From a virus (taxonomy: Duplodnaviria > Caudoviricetes): 64,000 bases of DNA. The notes beneath the pieces were generated by a model, which worked only from the letters and a program-made list of their open reading frames with translations, was not told where the DNA came from and did no database searches. How positions within the stretch are numbered: position 1 is the stretch's first letter; every line of letters begins with the position of its first letter. The stretch spans positions 3,311 to 67,310 of the IMG/VR virus record IMGVR_UViG_2690315896_000001; one strand, written 5' to 3'. The translations under genes were made by a program, and so were the position numbers. Shown here in pieces: positions 1-9,199 of the stretch.

Positions 1-119
1 TTCATCGAACAGCTGCATCCCGACTGGTTTCTTGTCTACGACTCGGACGGCGACTTGGTCTACAGCGGTGTCGGCCCCGTGTCCGTGCAGCAGTCAAACG
101 CCCCCTTCTGAGAGCTACC

Positions 120-362
120 ATGCAAAACCCCATTGAGCGCGGCGTAATCGCCAAGGTGCGTGGTGAAGAGATGTCGGCAGCACAACGCCTGTTGCCTGTG
201 GCTGGGCGGGGCCAGCCACAACACATCACCTGTGAGATTGAAACGCTGCTTGCCGGCCGAGTGCGCATCACGTTTGAGTTGCAGCGCTATTCGCATGGCC
301 GCAATCAATTCTGGCATTGGGTCGGGCGCGGCGCCGAGCAACTGGAACAGCCTGCTGGCTGA
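120..362 (+). CDS. Hypothetical protein
   Basis: 80-aa ORF packed between the end of an upstream frame (stop 109-111) and the next ORF. Confidence 0.5.
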   Translation: MQNPIERGVIAKVRGEEMSAAQRLLPVAGRGQPQHITCEIETLLAGRVRITFELQRYSHGRNQFWHWVGRGAEQLEQPAG

Positions 363-367
363 GCGCC

Positions 368-577
368 ATGGCTGATGGCATGACCTGGGGCGGCGCGCCC
401 ACGGCGCCGGGCTGGTATGCGGTCGTGGTGGATTACGGCCGCCTGCCCTTCCCTGCTGCGCGGCGCTGGGACGGCGCCCTCTGGGATGACGAGCGCGGCA
501 TCAGGGCATTCGACGGACCGCACCACTCGGCCGACGCCGCCCTGGACTGGGCCATGGAGCGCTGCCCAGAGGATTGA
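368..577 (+). CDS. Small Trp-rich hypothetical protein
   Basis: ATG 5 bp after previous stop; PTAPGWY..RRWDG motif typical of small phage proteins. Confidence 0.5.
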   Translation: MADGMTWGGAPTAPGWYAVVVDYGRLPFPAARRWDGALWDDERGIRAFDGPHHSADAALDWAMERCPED

Positions 578-586
578 CAGGTTCGA

Positions 587-1048
587 CTACTGCTTTTTCT
601 GCACGCTAATGGATCCGTCGGCCTCCAGGAACATGCAGCGGATTTCTGATTCCTCGCAGTCTGCCTCGCGCAGCGCCTTCTCGATATCGTTGCGCGATAC
701 CCGGTGGCTTTTGCGCGCACCCTCGAAGATCGTTCCATCCCGCCCCAGCAGCACCGCCTCGCCCTCCAGCAGCTTTTCCGCCCCGCGCCAGCGCGCCGTC
801 ACGAAACCCACGGCCGTATTCAACGCAATGAGGATCACGCACACCAGCAGCCCTCCAGGCAGGGACTGATCAGACCCTGTCATTGAGGGCCCCGCCGCCT
901 CGCTCACCAACATCACCACCAGCAGATCGAAAGGCGTGAACTGGCCCACGGTACGCCGCCCCGTCATGCGCATCATCAGCAGCAGCAGGACATAGACCGC
1001 CAGCGCACGCACGGACAACTCAAACGGATGGATGTCCAGGTTCCACAT
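587..1048 (-). CDS. DUF421/YetF family membrane protein
   Basis: MRMTGRRTVGQFTPFDLLV and LEADGSISV motifs; three hydrophobic segments. Confidence 0.85.
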   Translation of the reverse strand: MWNLDIHPFELSVRALAVYVLLLLMMRMTGRRTVGQFTPFDLLVVMLVSEAAGPSMTGSDQSLPGGLLVCVILIALNTAVGFVTARWRGAEKLLEGEAVLLGRDGTIFEGARKSHRVSRNDIEKALREADCEESEIRCMFLEADGSISVQKKQ

Positions 1049-1060
1049 ACCAACGCCCCT

Positions 1061-1657
1061 TCAATTCCGCCCCGCCCAGGGACTACGCGCTGAGATGCGC
1101 ACTGAACACTTGAAGGCCTGTCTCAATTGCCGCAATGCCTGCTGCCGCCGCGCAGGCGTCTCGGCCGCCGTGCAATCGCTGGGCACCCAGACCTCGTAGC
1201 CCGACATGCGTGCATCCGTAGCCGTGAGCATGACGCACATGTCCGCAGCAAACCCCACGATGACCAGCCTGCGCGCATGCATTCTGCCCAGCAGATGCAG
1301 CAGCGGAGTGGAATGAAAAGCCGAATGCTGGGGCTTGAGAATCACCAGATCCTCCGCATCAGGCGCAAGCAGCCGAGCGATCTCGCCACGCTCGCCAGCC
1401 AAACCCTGGCAGGCGGCAAGAATGTCGCTGAACTCGCTGTGCCAAGTGCCGTAGTTATCGTTGGCGTAGATCGTAGCTACGCCCTTTTCGCGAAGCCTGG
1501 CCTTGAGCCGCACAATGCGCCGGGCAGCCCGTACCGCTTCCTGCAGCAAAGGCCCAGCATTGGGAAATTGAAGCGGGTTGATGACATCCACCAGCAACAG
1601 CACCTCCGCGCTGTGAGGCACTTGCGTGGGTTCTAACCACCTCGGCCTAGGCATCAC
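1061..1657 (-). CDS. Isochorismatase/cysteine hydrolase family protein
   Basis: LLLVDVIN, LKPQHSAF and GFAADMCV (D-K-C triad). Confidence 0.88.
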   Translation of the reverse strand: MMPRPRWLEPTQVPHSAEVLLLVDVINPLQFPNAGPLLQEAVRAARRIVRLKARLREKGVATIYANDNYGTWHSEFSDILAACQGLAGERGEIARLLAPDAEDLVILKPQHSAFHSTPLLHLLGRMHARRLVIVGFAADMCVMLTATDARMSGYEVWVPSDCTAAETPARRQQALRQLRQAFKCSVRISARSPWAGRN

Positions 1658-2262
1658 AGCATGGATTCGCGTTGCTGCTCCGCTCGAGATGCGCCGATGG
1701 CAGTTTCAACCTGCTTGACCTCTTCAGGGGGAGGCAGGACTGCTGGCATACCCAAGCTCTGGATCCACAACTCGCGGCACCATCCCTTGGTGTGATACAG
1801 GTGATGATCTTCATCCTTTTCCACTCGAGCGTGAGCCTCCTTGAGGGCCTTGCCCGTCTCACCTGTAGCCACCTCGGCGACCTTGCCCAGAAGCTCCCAG
1901 TTGGCGTGGTCCTTGGTCTCAGCGTGAACCACGCACTCGCACGCCACGAGTTGCGCAGCGGCCGCACTACCACCCCTGAGAGCCAACTCCATCGCCTTCA
2001 CCAGCGATGATCCTATGTGCTTCACAACATCACGGGAAGGCGAAGCTTCGTCCGGGTTGACTCCCAACAGTTCACATGTGGTTCGCACCACGTTCTGGTG
2101 ACTGAGCGTCTCTTCGAGATACTCTTCCCATTCCTTTTTAAGGTCATCGTTCAGGGCACAGGTCAGAGCAGTTCTATACACCTGCTCACCTCCGAGTTCC
2201 GTTTCCATCATCTGCAGCAACAGATCTCTGAGTTGAGAATCGTCATATCGTGGTTTAGCCAT
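1654..2262 (-). CDS. Ferritin-like (DUF892-like) protein
   Basis: ETELGGEQVY, EETLSH, ETKDHANW and EKDEDHH ExxH motifs. Confidence 0.75.
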   Translation of the reverse strand: MAKPRYDDSQLRDLLLQMMETELGGEQVYRTALTCALNDDLKKEWEEYLEETLSHQNVVRTTCELLGVNPDEASPSRDVVKHIGSSLVKAMELALRGGSAAAAQLVACECVVHAETKDHANWELLGKVAEVATGETGKALKEAHARVEKDEDHHLYHTKGWCRELWIQSLGMPAVLPPPEEVKQVETAIGASRAEQQRESML

Positions 2263-2417
2263 TTGCCCACTCCGGTTTTCAGTTGCGGTCCGGCGATGGT
2301 CGGCCAACCTTGGCACTTTGCGCGTAAGCAGCAACTGAAGGGTATGTAGTGCTTCTCGAAAGTTACGTGTACGTCCAAGACCGTCAAATAATGATGGGCG
2401 GACGGCACAATGGCTGC

Positions 2418-2621
2418 ATGAGATTCATCGCGCTACTGATCATCGCTGCAGCCCTGTTTTACGGAGCGTCGCGGATTTCCCACATACAGATCGGTGAGCG
2501 CGCCACAGGCGGCTACGACGGCGCGTCAATGACACCGCAGCAACGCGTCATCCAAGCCGAAAAGGAAGCTCGAGAAGCGGCAGAAGCAGCGCGCGCCGCG
2601 ACGATGAGGCAAGCCGAGTAA
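2418..2621 (+). CDS. Small membrane-anchored hypothetical protein
   Basis: N-terminal hydrophobic helix; CACAAT -10-like hexamer 6 bp upstream of ATG. Confidence 0.5.
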   Translation: MRFIALLIIAAALFYGASRISHIQIGERATGGYDGASMTPQQRVIQAEKEAREAAEAARAATMRQAE

Positions 2622-2639
2622 CACCAGCTGACCCGGCGT

Positions 2640-2760
2640 CTACGGCGTGATCGATCGCGTGCACGCCCTCTGCGCGGCCAGCAGCCGCATCTCGTAGCCC
2701 TCGCGGCGGTCGATCTAGGCCAGTGCCGCGTGCTCGGCATCGGACGGTAGGCGTAGACGA
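2640..2760 (-). pseudogene. Probable relic of a spanin-like lipoprotein C-terminus
   Basis: Minus frame reads AALA*IDRREGYEMRLLAAQRACT with internal TAG at 2715-2717. Confidence 0.35.
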
Positions 2761-3064
2761 TAGCCGCTCAAGCTCACGTGTGCGTAATTCGTGGCTTGGA
2801 TCACGTCAGGGTGGCAGGCTTGGTACGGATCCCAAATGCTACTTTGTGGACTCAGAGACAAGACAAGAACACAGTTCAATTCATAAGCAATGATGAATTA
2901 AATAGCTTTGCTTCAATCAAAAATCCATCAGCAATCACCATTAACTATCGACAGCTTTCATCGAGATGGTGGAAATGGCCAAGAAATTCACAAGTGCAAC
3001 CTGCCTTTTTCAACTAAGATTCACTGCTTCAAATATTTCATGAAGCGCAGCCAAGGAGTATTAA

Positions 3065-4159
3065 ATGAAGAGATTGGTAGCATCAATTACCCTAATGTCA
3101 GCTACGCTAGCCTATGCGGGAACGGACTATTATTATGTCAGCCAGCCAATAAATAATATTGTTGGAAAGACCATATTTAATGCAACCCATTATCCAGCAG
3201 AGAACTTCAACAAACCAATATGGTCTGTTGACAACTCCACTGGATCTATTGATGGTTCACCAGCTAACTTCAGTGGCGAAACAGTGTCTACTTGGAATCT
3301 GGGAGATTTTACTGGAACGAATGTGCCAGCGCCGCTTCAAAATTATCAGCGAGGGAGGCCTGGCGCCAGTTACGGGGGAACGGCTGTGTCGATGCATGAT
3401 GAATTAGATGGAGGCGCTCTCTCAGCCAAGTTTGGCGCAATGCTTAATGCATATAGTTTGCCATGGGCTCCGAATTTAACGGATGAAAGTGGGAATTCGT
3501 ATCTCAACCCCAGAAATATCATGGGGGCAAACTTGCAGTATGCATTTTCTGGAGATATAAATCACAAACCATTCTCTAGAGGTCCCTCCAGCAAATTCCA
3601 CTTCTCAATGATGCTACAAGTTCCAAGCGTAGCTGCCGAGGGAAATATTCGCGCCCATGCCGGCCTATCATTTACCCTTCAAGACACAACAGATCCAGAG
3701 GGTAGATATATATGGTTTGCGCCGTGGGCCTTCGATTACCCATCCGGAAATAATGGGCCAGCCCCATTAGAATCTATCAGCAATGATGTTGCATCAGTCG
3801 CATATATCATAGGTAGCTCTTTCTCACCAAATACAACATACGCGACAATGGAACCAGGCTCTGCAACATCGACAAATCAACCTTGGAACGGGTGGCGATG
3901 GTATGCAATATCGGTGTCCTATGCTCAAATGCAAAAGGCGCTTAGCGATTTAAATTCCGTCATTGCCAATGCAGTAATTTGCAAAACCCCGTCTAGCGAC
4001 CCTCTAATTATTAGAAAATGTACTCCACTTTCCGGCAATCCCTCTGATTATAAGTTGGGAATGCTACACTTAGATTCAGAGATAGCTAGAACAGGACCTA
4101 ACGGTGGCGGCTACATGGGATTAAGCACTTACGGGTGGTGGGCATATTCGACCTACTAA
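3065..4159 (+). CDS. Secreted hypothetical protein (moron, paralog of 54316-55257)
   Basis: Low GC, AAGGAG RBS, signal peptide ending AYA, own terminator. Confidence 0.85.
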   Translation: MKRLVASITLMSATLAYAGTDYYYVSQPINNIVGKTIFNATHYPAENFNKPIWSVDNSTGSIDGSPANFSGETVSTWNLGDFTGTNVPAPLQNYQRGRPGASYGGTAVSMHDELDGGALSAKFGAMLNAYSLPWAPNLTDESGNSYLNPRNIMGANLQYAFSGDINHKPFSRGPSSKFHFSMMLQVPSVAAEGNIRAHAGLSFTLQDTTDPEGRYIWFAPWAFDYPSGNNGPAPLESISNDVASVAYIIGSSFSPNTTYATMEPGSATSTNQPWNGWRWYAISVSYAQMQKALSDLNSVIANAVICKTPSSDPLIIRKCTPLSGNPSDYKLGMLHLDSEIARTGPNGGGYMGLSTYGWWAYSTY

Positions 4160-4172
4160 ATTGATAGAAAAT

Positions 4173-4203
4173 AAATCAGGCCGCCTCCGGGTGGCCTGAT
4201 TTT
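4173..4203. terminator. Bidirectional intrinsic terminator
   Basis: AAATCAGGCCGCC-TCCG-GGTGGCCTGATTTT between convergent genes. Confidence 0.8.
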
Positions 4204-4690
4204 ATCTAAGCGGTCGACTGGCTATCACGGGCCAGGCGGCACCGAGTGTCTGGACATCAGCTGCGTGCCCTGCAGCCGCTGCTGCCATGTCCCCATACGC
4301 TGCGCGGCAGTCGTCGTATACGGCGTTGACGGCAGTGGCGTACTCAAGGACGGCAGCGGGGGGAGCGCTGGCAAGTCGGCGGGCGGCATCTGCGGATTGC
4401 TCGCGCAGGCTGTCAGAGACAGCGCGCAGCTGGTCAAGATCACGGCGCAGCAGCGCCTCGCGGTCACGGGCGGCATTGAGAGCTCCTTGGTATTTGGTGT
4501 TCATGGTCTGCTCAGCGCTGCGCACGCGGGCGTCGGCCGCGCGCTGGGCAGTGCTGACGGCCAGCTTGTCGCTGATGGCTTCGGCCCGGGCCTCGGCCAG
4601 CTCGGCGCCCAAGCGCGCGCCCTGGAACTGCCATGCCAACGCGGCGGCCACGGCGGCGGCTCCCAGATGGGTGTAGAGCGCGGGGATCAC
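4202..4690 (-). CDS. Rz-like i-spanin
   Basis: GTG start with GGAGG RBS, N-terminal TM, Ala-rich coiled coil, last gene of the lysis cassette. Confidence 0.8.
   Translation of the reverse strand: MIPALYTHLGAAAVAAALAWQFQGARLGAELAEARAEAISDKLAVSTAQRAADARVRSAEQTMNTKYQGALNAARDREALLRRDLDQLRAVSDSLREQSADAARRLASAPPAAVLEYATAVNAVYDDCRAAYGDMAAAAAGHAADVQTLGAAWPVIASRPLR
4225..4476 (-). CDS. Rz1-like o-spanin lipoprotein embedded in Rz
   Basis: Nested alternative frame, lipobox LTAC, Pro-rich mature region; true start may be slightly downstream. Confidence 0.75.
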   Translation of the reverse strand: MPPVTARRCCAVILTSCALSLTACASNPQMPPADLPALPPLPSLSTPLPSTPYTTTAAQRMGTWQQRLQGTQLMSRHSVPPGP

Positions 4691-4740
4691 CGCCCTCCCC
4701 TCCACCAGTACCACCACATTGCCCAGAGGATCGGGTTCAT
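4687..4740 (-). CDS. 17-aa Trp-rich microprotein MNPILWAMWWYWWRGGR
   Basis: ATGA overlap with the endolysin stop and GTGA overlap with the spanin start. Confidence 0.55.
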   Translation of the reverse strand: MNPILWAMWWYWWRGGR

Positions 4741-5318
4741 TGCTGGGCCTCCATGCACGCGGCGTGCCGCGCCTGTTGACGGGTCCAGACGCCGCTGCAA
4801 ATCTTGTTGCCGGGCGTGCTGCAGTCGTAGCGCCACCGCGTGGGTCGTCCGTCCGCACCCCACTGGTAGGCGGCGTAGCCCGACAGGGGCTGGGAGCTGG
4901 TCATGAAGCGATATGCCAGGTAGGCGTTGCAGGCGCCGGCATAGTCGCCAGCCCGCGTCCTGGCCAGCATCGAGGAGCCGCGCCAGGCCCCGCACCCATA
5001 CTGCCCGGCGAAGTCCACCGCCTGGGCAAACTCGACCTGGTGCACCAGCGTGTCGCCCAGCGAATCGCGCACGCAAGCCCCGTACTGCTGCTCCAGCAGG
5101 TTGATGGCCAGTTCGCGCGCCCGTTCGCGTGTGATGGGTGGGTCGGCCAGGGTCACGCGCGTTCCGTCCTCGTAGCGAGTGGCGCCATGGCCGATGGTGG
5201 GCACATCGCCGCGAACCGGGATGATCGGGTCTGCGCTGAAGCCTTCTGCGGCAATCCAGGCCGCGAGAATGGCCGCGCCAATGCCCAGGCCTGCGGCTGG
5301 CATGCGGGCCGTGCTCAT
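4737..5318 (-). CDS. SAR-type endolysin (GH24 lysozyme)
   Basis: Ala/Gly-rich N-terminal anchor followed by EG...DVPTIGHG catalytic region. Confidence 0.9.
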   Translation of the reverse strand: MSTARMPAAGLGIGAAILAAWIAAEGFSADPIIPVRGDVPTIGHGATRYEDGTRVTLADPPITRERARELAINLLEQQYGACVRDSLGDTLVHQVEFAQAVDFAGQYGCGAWRGSSMLARTRAGDYAGACNAYLAYRFMTSSQPLSGYAAYQWGADGRPTRWRYDCSTPGNKICSGVWTRQQARHAACMEAQQ

Positions 5319-5626
5319 GGCGCCCCCCAGTCGGTTTCGGGCTCCGGCTTCAGCCCAGCTAGGCGCGCGAGGCGCTGCCGCTGCTGGGCACGCTGATAGT
5401 CCTGGCGCCACTTCCAGACCAGATATCCGGCCTGCAGCGCAATGAAGGCCAGGGACGCCACGACGAGCCAGTCGCTCAGCGGCAGGCCCCAGACCTTGAA
5501 CACCCCGGTCGCGGCGGCGCCCGGCGTGGCCTGCATGATGGCGCCGGCAATGTCCTGCCGCTGCTCTGCGCTCAGGTGCTGGTGGATGCCCATCAGCGCG
5601 AGCAGGGATACGAGGTATTTCTTCAT
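5315..5626 (-). CDS. Holin
   Basis: Hydrophobic helices, basic C-terminus, ATGA overlap with endolysin. Confidence 0.75.
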   Translation of the reverse strand: MKKYLVSLLALMGIHQHLSAEQRQDIAGAIMQATPGAAATGVFKVWGLPLSDWLVVASLAFIALQAGYLVWKWRQDYQRAQQRQRLARLAGLKPEPETDWGAP

Positions 5627-5633
5627 GGCCCCG

Positions 5634-5677
5634 ATGATTCCGGGGCCGGCCCGCGCTGGCGAACCCTACACGGGGGC
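5634..5677 (-). promoter_or_regulatory. Putative late promoter (holin)
   Basis: TAGGGTT-N22-AATCAT-N7-ATG. Confidence 0.7.
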
Positions 5678-7383
5678 TACTCAACCTCTCCCAACGAGTA
5701 GAACGCAGAAGGGTTCGAAAGATTGGCACTTTCGGCTGCGATCCATGCTGCAGGCAGCATCCCGGGATAGAGATACGAATAGCCGATATTCCCGTCCCAG
5801 ACTTCAGCGACCTGGGCATCATTGCAACCGATGTATAGCGAATGGCTACCACCAGAGCCAGGTCGAACTGCTGAGCTCGCAGACGAAGCCGCGAGACTGC
5901 CATTCACATATAGATCCCGCCCGGAACTGCTTTTCTGCACTGCATGCAATCGAGCCGGTGTCTGCGTTCCCGGCGCGCTCGCGTTGTTGATCCAGCTGTC
6001 AGAGCTATTCCAGAATCCCCAGCGGTCTATTGATCGGTATGCCAGCGTTGCACGGTTCACGTTGCCGCCCGCGCCACTGTCAGAGCCGGTGACCGTGTAA
6101 CTCATGATTGCCCGTGAGAGGCCTGTGATCATCGTTGATGCACTGCCGCCCATGGTCCAGGTCAAAAACTGCGACAGTCCGTCTGCGCGGTAGTGACCCG
6201 CCCCAGCGATGTATGCGCCCAATTCGTTTGAGATCAAACGAGGCTGCCGTGCCCGCAGGGTTCTCACCACACCAGCATCCCCCGATGGATCGTGCAGCAC
6301 AAGCAGCGCATCGTCCGTGTGGCTGATGCCCTCATATGACCCGCCGACGATGCCCCAAACCATGCCCTTGACGGTCCCATCCAGCTCCACGCGCACAGTC
6401 TGGTCGGTGTCATCCCGGTTGATGAAGATGGCGCCGCGCCAGAACGTGAGGCCTTGCATGCGCAGCACTGGAGCGCTCAGATTGAGCACCCCAATGAACT
6501 GCTTGGCGGCCATGTCGTACTTCCACAGTCGTGTGCCAGCACCGGTCCACGCGCCAAAATACAGCAACCCATCCGCAGGGTTGTACGCGCACCCAGACAT
6601 ATCAACGCCCGACGGCACGCCGGAGGCATATGTGACGGGCGTGGCATCCACGAATGACAGGTCCGATTTGAGGAACCTGCCGATGTACATGTTGGCGTGG
6701 CCATCCGGGTCCGTGTATTGCTCCATCGGCACATAGATGTGTTCACCAACCACCTCGGAATCTCCCAGGTGGTTTGTGCCGGGGACGCTTGCAACCGGAT
6801 TCGTGTTCTGAGAAATCAGGTTGAAGGAAGAATCGTATTTCTTGATGACATTTGTGCCGATAGCGAAGTAATTCACACCATCCCAGGCGATGCCTTGGTG
6901 GACACCAAGATTCGGCGATGTGCTCGCGCTGACCAGGCCATATACCAATCCACCCGAGACCAGATCAGACCCCTTGCCAGAGCGGTCGGCAAAGGAGTCA
7001 CCCATCATGAAAACGCGGTGAAAAGCGGACCAGACGGCATGCCGCCCATTGGGATCTGTCCACGGCACGGGCAGATCTCCCGCGCCGCCGAAGTGCACAT
7101 AAACCGCCGTTGGGCCGGACGCAGAAATATCGACCTTGGCGAACAACGTACCGGTGCGTGCAATCGGGTTGAGCGACACCAGGTCAAAGGGCAGCTCCGC
7201 CCCTGCCGCAGTCCTCACCCGGATGTCACCACCATCGCGGCGCGCCATGCCATCCCAAAATCCGGCCGGCATGTCATCAAGCCTGATGTACAGCGCATAT
7301 CCCGCGACGGCCACGGGCTGGGCGGCAACAGTGACGGCAATGCGCTTGGAGTGCCGCGACGAAGCGATGATGCCCGCAATCAC
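5677..7383 (-). CDS. Putative receptor-binding/tail protein (DUF2341-like, beta-propeller, LamG-like)
   Basis: DGGDIRV..ELPFD N-terminal motif, HQGIAWDG/MQGLTFW/YEGI propeller repeats, LYVNG..LYIG lectin-like C-terminus; GTG start overlaps upstream stop. Confidence 0.7.
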   Translation of the reverse strand: MIAGIIASSRHSKRIAVTVAAQPVAVAGYALYIRLDDMPAGFWDGMARRDGGDIRVRTAAGAELPFDLVSLNPIARTGTLFAKVDISASGPTAVYVHFGGAGDLPVPWTDPNGRHAVWSAFHRVFMMGDSFADRSGKGSDLVSGGLVYGLVSASTSPNLGVHQGIAWDGVNYFAIGTNVIKKYDSSFNLISQNTNPVASVPGTNHLGDSEVVGEHIYVPMEQYTDPDGHANMYIGRFLKSDLSFVDATPVTYASGVPSGVDMSGCAYNPADGLLYFGAWTGAGTRLWKYDMAAKQFIGVLNLSAPVLRMQGLTFWRGAIFINRDDTDQTVRVELDGTVKGMVWGIVGGSYEGISHTDDALLVLHDPSGDAGVVRTLRARQPRLISNELGAYIAGAGHYRADGLSQFLTWTMGGSASTMITGLSRAIMSYTVTGSDSGAGGNVNRATLAYRSIDRWGFWNSSDSWINNASAPGTQTPARLHAVQKSSSGRDLYVNGSLAASSASSAVRPGSGGSHSLYIGCNDAQVAEVWDGNIGYSYLYPGMLPAAWIAAESANLSNPSAFYSLGEVE

Positions 7384-7748
7384 GCTGTCACACCCATCAC
7401 GTCGAAGATGTCTGTGCCCACTCTTTTGACCGTTACGGTTCCTCCAGTGGGGATCACCAAAGTTCCAGCATAGGGGGCATTGAGCGTCACACCCTCGCCC
7501 GCCAGCAATGTCAGGTTGCCCGCAGCGGCATTTCGCACATGCCACTCACCGTTGAGTGGCAGCGGCTGGACAGACTCTGGCGGGAATGTGCAGGTCTTGG
7601 CCGAAGTCGATGTGAAACGGAGGTATCTTCCCGCCTCGGCTGCGGAAACATCGTGGGTGGTTCCAAGGACCGTCAATACAGGCGCTGGTCGCAGGTCGTC
7701 CTGTGTGGCCAGATCTGCTGCGCTCGATTTGGAGCCGAGATACTTCAT
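7380..7748 (-). CDS. Tail fibre-associated protein
   Basis: Coupled ORF in the tail module with AGNLTLLAGEGVTLN motif. Confidence 0.65.
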   Translation of the reverse strand: MKYLGSKSSAADLATQDDLRPAPVLTVLGTTHDVSAAEAGRYLRFTSTSAKTCTFPPESVQPLPLNGEWHVRNAAAGNLTLLAGEGVTLNAPYAGTLVIPTGGTVTVKRVGTDIFDVMGVTA

Positions 7749-7750
7749 GA

Positions 7751-8473
7751 TCAGCCTGTGATGGTCACCCGGTACTGCCCGGTGGTCGGCGCGACGGCGA
7801 ACGTGAACTGGGCGGTGTTCGCTCCGTTGGCCACCCAGTCGCAGAGCACTCCAGCGTTGGACGACGCTTCGCGCACGCTGACCCCGATGTCCTGCGTGTT
7901 CAGGTTGTGGGTCACGCTGATGGTGGTGGCCGTGCCGTCGCCGACGGTGGCCGACATCTTGCGCGCTACCACTGCCGGGTCCACCGAGATGACACCGCCC
8001 GTGATCGAGATGCCATTGCCGGCCGTATAGCTCGCACCACCACCTACCTGAGCGAACACCAGCGCCGTGGTGCCGATGGTGATGGGAGCATCCGTGGTCA
8101 TGAACCACTGACTGTTGCCGTTGGCCGTGCCCTCGGACACGAAGACGGCCGCGCCCAACACCTCGCTGGAAGCATCGAAGTCGGTGGCGCGCGTCCATGC
8201 GCCAGAGGCGGCCAGGTAGATGCCATTGGCAGAGCCCGCAGTCTGGTTCTTCGCCAGAACCCGGTCGCCCGCGACCACGGACACACCATCGATGGTCTGG
8301 GTGCCGGACAGCGTGATGTTGACCGTGGTGGCCGCACGCACTGGGTCCTTCCATTTGAAACCCTGGACCGCTGCATCCAGCTGAGCCTTGGTGATGGCGT
8401 CCTGCGGGTTGACGGCATCGCCGATGTTCGTCAGGCGGTTGCCGGAGCCGTCGAGGTGGTTTGTGATTTTCAT
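7751..8473 (-). CDS. Virion fibre/structural protein
   Basis: DAITKAQLD, WKDPVRAATTVNITLSGTQTIDGV, GDRVLAKNQT motifs common in phage fibres. Confidence 0.75.
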   Translation of the reverse strand: MKITNHLDGSGNRLTNIGDAVNPQDAITKAQLDAAVQGFKWKDPVRAATTVNITLSGTQTIDGVSVVAGDRVLAKNQTAGSANGIYLAASGAWTRATDFDASSEVLGAAVFVSEGTANGNSQWFMTTDAPITIGTTALVFAQVGGGASYTAGNGISITGGVISVDPAVVARKMSATVGDGTATTISVTHNLNTQDIGVSVREASSNAGVLCDWVANGANTAQFTFAVAPTTGQYRVTITG

Positions 8474-8482
8474 GGCGTGTCC

Positions 8483-8800
8483 TCAGTTGCAGAAAGCGCG
8501 GCCGGTCAGCGGCACGCTGTGGGTGATCTGGACAATGTCGGCATCGAGATACCGGACATCGGGGTAAAGCTGGCCGCCGAGGTTGTCGACGACAGTGATG
8601 GAGGGGTAGCGCCCCAGGTTGTGGGCGATGGTCCAGACGGTGGCCAGGCTGGACTGGGTATGCGTGTAGGTCGCGCCGGCGCCGCCGCCGGGTGGGCCCT
8701 GAATTCCTGGAGGCCCTTGCTCTGCTACGGCCAGGATCTCGATGTCCTCGGCCTGCTCCACGAGGATCTCCTTCTCGCAAACGACGAGCAGGCCGTTCAT
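8483..8800 (-). CDS. Virion structural protein with short collagen-like stretch
   Basis: QGPPGIQGPPG; WTIAHNLGRYP motif resembles the THNL motif of the neighbouring gene. Confidence 0.7.
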   Translation of the reverse strand: MNGLLVVCEKEILVEQAEDIEILAVAEQGPPGIQGPPGGGAGATYTHTQSSLATVWTIAHNLGRYPSITVVDNLGGQLYPDVRYLDADIVQITHSVPLTGRAFCN

Positions 8801-9150
8801 CGTGTGACCTCCGGGCTCACGCAGCAGGAGCCCTGTGCCAAGCGCGTGACCTCGCCGCCGGGATGCACGATTTCCAGATCGAACACCCCGCCGCTCCAGG
8901 CGATGGCCGCCGTGGTGCCCGCATCGACCAGCAGATCCACGGTGCCGGCAGTACCGCCCAGGGCAATGCGCCCGTTCTCGGTGGTCAGCTCCAGCAGCAC
9001 CGCTGCGGAATCGACCTCCTCGCGCACCTGCATACGGGCCGTGCAGCCCGTCAGGTCGATAGGGGTCTTGTCGGGATTGAACCAGCGCAGGCGCCGCCGG
9101 AACGTGGCGCCCTGGTAAATCGTGAAGTTAAACTTGGCCGGCTTGGTCAT
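8797..9150 (-). CDS. Tail-associated Ig-like adaptor protein
   Basis: IYQGATF..PIDLTGCTARMQVR motif; start placed by the late-promoter spacing. Confidence 0.7.
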   Translation of the reverse strand: MTKPAKFNFTIYQGATFRRRLRWFNPDKTPIDLTGCTARMQVREEVDSAAVLLELTTENGRIALGGTAGTVDLLVDAGTTAAIAWSGGVFDLEIVHPGGEVTRLAQGSCCVSPEVTR

Positions 9151-9157
9151 GTCCTGC

Positions 9158-9199
9158 AGTGTCATAGTCGACCTACCATATGGCGAACCCTAGCCGGGG
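9158..9199 (-). promoter_or_regulatory. Putative late promoter
   Basis: CCCCGGCTAGGGTT-N22-GACACT-N7-ATG. Confidence 0.7.

Noticed and set aside
4737-8780. Long N-terminal extensions in the ORF track (4737-5903, 5677-7545, 7380-8780)
   Set aside because: They overlap better-supported genes; internal starts with RBS or stop-start coupling fit better.
5677-9150. Diversity-generating retroelement at the receptor gene
   Set aside because: No reverse transcriptase and no template/variable repeat pair noticed.
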